A DNA stretch of 64,000 nt from Candidatus Poribacteria bacterium (GTDB lineage: Bacteria; Poribacteria; WGA-4E; PCPOR2b): contig OZ220744.1 in the NCBI GenBank assembly GCA_965116925.1, positions 704,001-768,000 on the forward strand. The letters run 5' to 3'. Within the stretch, counting starts at the first letter, position 1, and each line of letters starts with the position of its first letter. Under the pieces are notes generated by a model. It did not search any database, was not told the origin of the DNA, and saw nothing but the letters and a program-made list of their open reading frames with translations. Shown piece by piece: positions 62,570 to 64,000 of the stretch. Made by a program: the position numbers and the translations under genes.

Positions 62570-62920
62570 CCACCCTAATCAGGTGGAAGCGAGGGAGCGA
62601 GTGTGTGAGGAAGCGGGGAAGCGTGTAAAAACTCACCTCCCCGCCACCTCTGGTTCTCAGGGGGTCTTTTGAGACTGCGCGAAGGTTAGAGTTATTGGTA
62701 AATGTCTACTTATTTTTACAATTCACTATGGTTATTGTTAGCCCTTCCGCTTTAATGGTTTGACGTACTTTGCATAGTAGGCGAATTTAACGAAACTGAA
62801 TGGGGGGAGCTCTCGTTTGTTAAACAGGATGTACCACAAGATATTGGGTTGTTAAGCCCAATGGCACACAAGAAAGTTGCCAAAAAACGCTGAAACCCGC
62901 ATTGCCACTGTCTTTTTCGC

Positions 62921-62949
62921 TTGACACGCTAATGTGTGTGTAGTATAAT
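62921..62949 (+). promoter_or_regulatory. Consensus sigma70 promoter of hup
   Basis: TTGACA-17 bp-TATAAT. Confidence 0.8.
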
Positions 62950-63003
62950 TGGCTCAGTTTGTAGTATAATTTTTAAGTTTTTTTCATCCATTAGGAGGAT
63001 AAT

Positions 63004-63282
63004 ATGGCTGACGTTAGTAAGCAAGACGTTGTCGATGCCGTTGCTGATGCGACAGGATCGAGTAAAGCAGACGCAAATAGAGCGGTTGACGCCGTTATTG
63101 ATTGTATCAAAGGTTCTTTAGCCGCTGGTAAATCTGTGGGGCTAATTGGTTTTGGTACTTTTGAAGTTAGAGAGAGAGCCGCCCGTGAAGGTCGCAATCC
63201 CCAAACGGGAGCCACGATTAAAATTGAAGCGAAGAAGGTTCCTGCCTTCAAAGCTGGCAAAGGGCTCAGAGACGCTGTTTAA
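63004..63282 (+). CDS. hup: DNA-binding protein HU
   Basis: GFGTF, GRNPQTG, PAFKAGK. Confidence 0.97.
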   Translation: MADVSKQDVVDAVADATGSSKADANRAVDAVIDCIKGSLAAGKSVGLIGFGTFEVRERAAREGRNPQTGATIKIEAKKVPAFKAGKGLRDAV

Positions 63283-63647
63283 TAAGTAGTCATAGCGATC
63301 GCCTTGGTTTCCTTAAAATATGTTCTGAGAGTTGTTGAGTTTGTCTTAAGTAAGCCTTGGTGGTCGCTTTCCCTTCCGTCGCCTTCCCCATTACACTTCC
63401 CTCCAATCTATATCCCAAGCGAAACCTCCCAAAAACGCTGAACACTCCTCACTTTATCCTTCAATTTCACTCCCCCAATTTGTGTATTCCTTCGCTGATT
63501 CAAAAAGCAATCCTTGACGCCGTGTTACAAAATAGGCTACACTTATAGACAGATGTCGAGTGTACATGGTAGAGCAGGGCGGCCCGTCGTAGGAAGTGCC
63601 GCTGTGTGGGGTCCATTTAGAATCTACCTGTAAAAGATTAGTAATCC

Positions 63648-64000
63648 ATGGAGAACGAACAGTTGAACGCCACCAATTCCGTTGATGTACCAGATGCAGA
63701 TTTAGAAGCTGCAGAATTTCTGAAAAATGCGCGAGAATCAATTTTGAATGAACTCAAGAAACGAATCGTTGGTCAACAAGCGGTTATCGATGAATTGTTG
63801 ATTGCGCTTTTTTCGCAAGGACACTGTTTACTTGTGGGAGTGCCCGGGCTAGCCAAGACGCTGCTTATCAATAGTCTGGCTCAAATTTTAGATCTTGACT
63901 TTAGTCGTATCCAATTCACGCCGGATCTGATGCCGTCAGACATCATCGGTACTGACATCATTCAGGACGATGTGGAGACCGGCAGACGATTTTTTCGGTT
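63648..64000 (+). CDS. MoxR-family AAA+ ATPase, 3' truncated (not in the ORF track)
   Basis: Manual translation gives [33 protein letters not shown]. Confidence 0.93.
   Translation, partial: MENEQLNATNSVDVPDADLEAAEFLKNARESILNELKKRIVGQQAVIDELLIALFSQGHCLLVGVPGLAKTLLINSLAQILDLDFSRIQFTPDLMPSDIIGTDIIQDDVETGRRFFR

Noticed and set aside
62760..62769. Third IS605 end (TTGACGTACT)
   Set aside because: Only 10 bp match and no hairpin.
63540..63645. ncRNA or riboswitch upstream of the MoxR gene
   Set aside because: No motif I can recognise; an Rfam scan is needed.

Overview
Bacterial chromosomal window. Gene content (sulfatase, several Gfo/Idh/MocA and SDR oxidoreductases, PhyH dioxygenase, WD40/NHL/TPR proteins, DUF4159) resembles Poribacteria/PVC-like genomes; this is an inference, not a search result. 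Core genes: rplM-rpsI-purA, tRNA-Lys and tRNA-Glu, gdhA, prpD, HU, a partial MoxR ATPase and a tRNA nucleotidyltransferase that looks CC-adding. Accessory genes: an HTH-MTase-TRD fusion convergent with a PD-(D/E)xK nuclease (R-M-like), an intact tnpB-only IS200/IS605 element behind the tRNA terminator with a 53-bp solo-hairpin derivative 4 kb away, a TPR histidine kinase paired with a coiled-coil NYN nuclease, and a small phage-like remnant. The most striking signal is non-coding. Most large intergenic regions are nested mosaics of several MITE-like shells (TIRs, several with TSDs) carrying interchangeable GTAG-type REP hairpins, and almost all copies share one orientation. One 117-bp element (ATG...CAT ends) repeatedly inserts at the central loop base of sequence-unrelated hairpins, with a 1-bp duplication. 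Family letters (A-K) are my own labels. Product calls come from motif recognition only.
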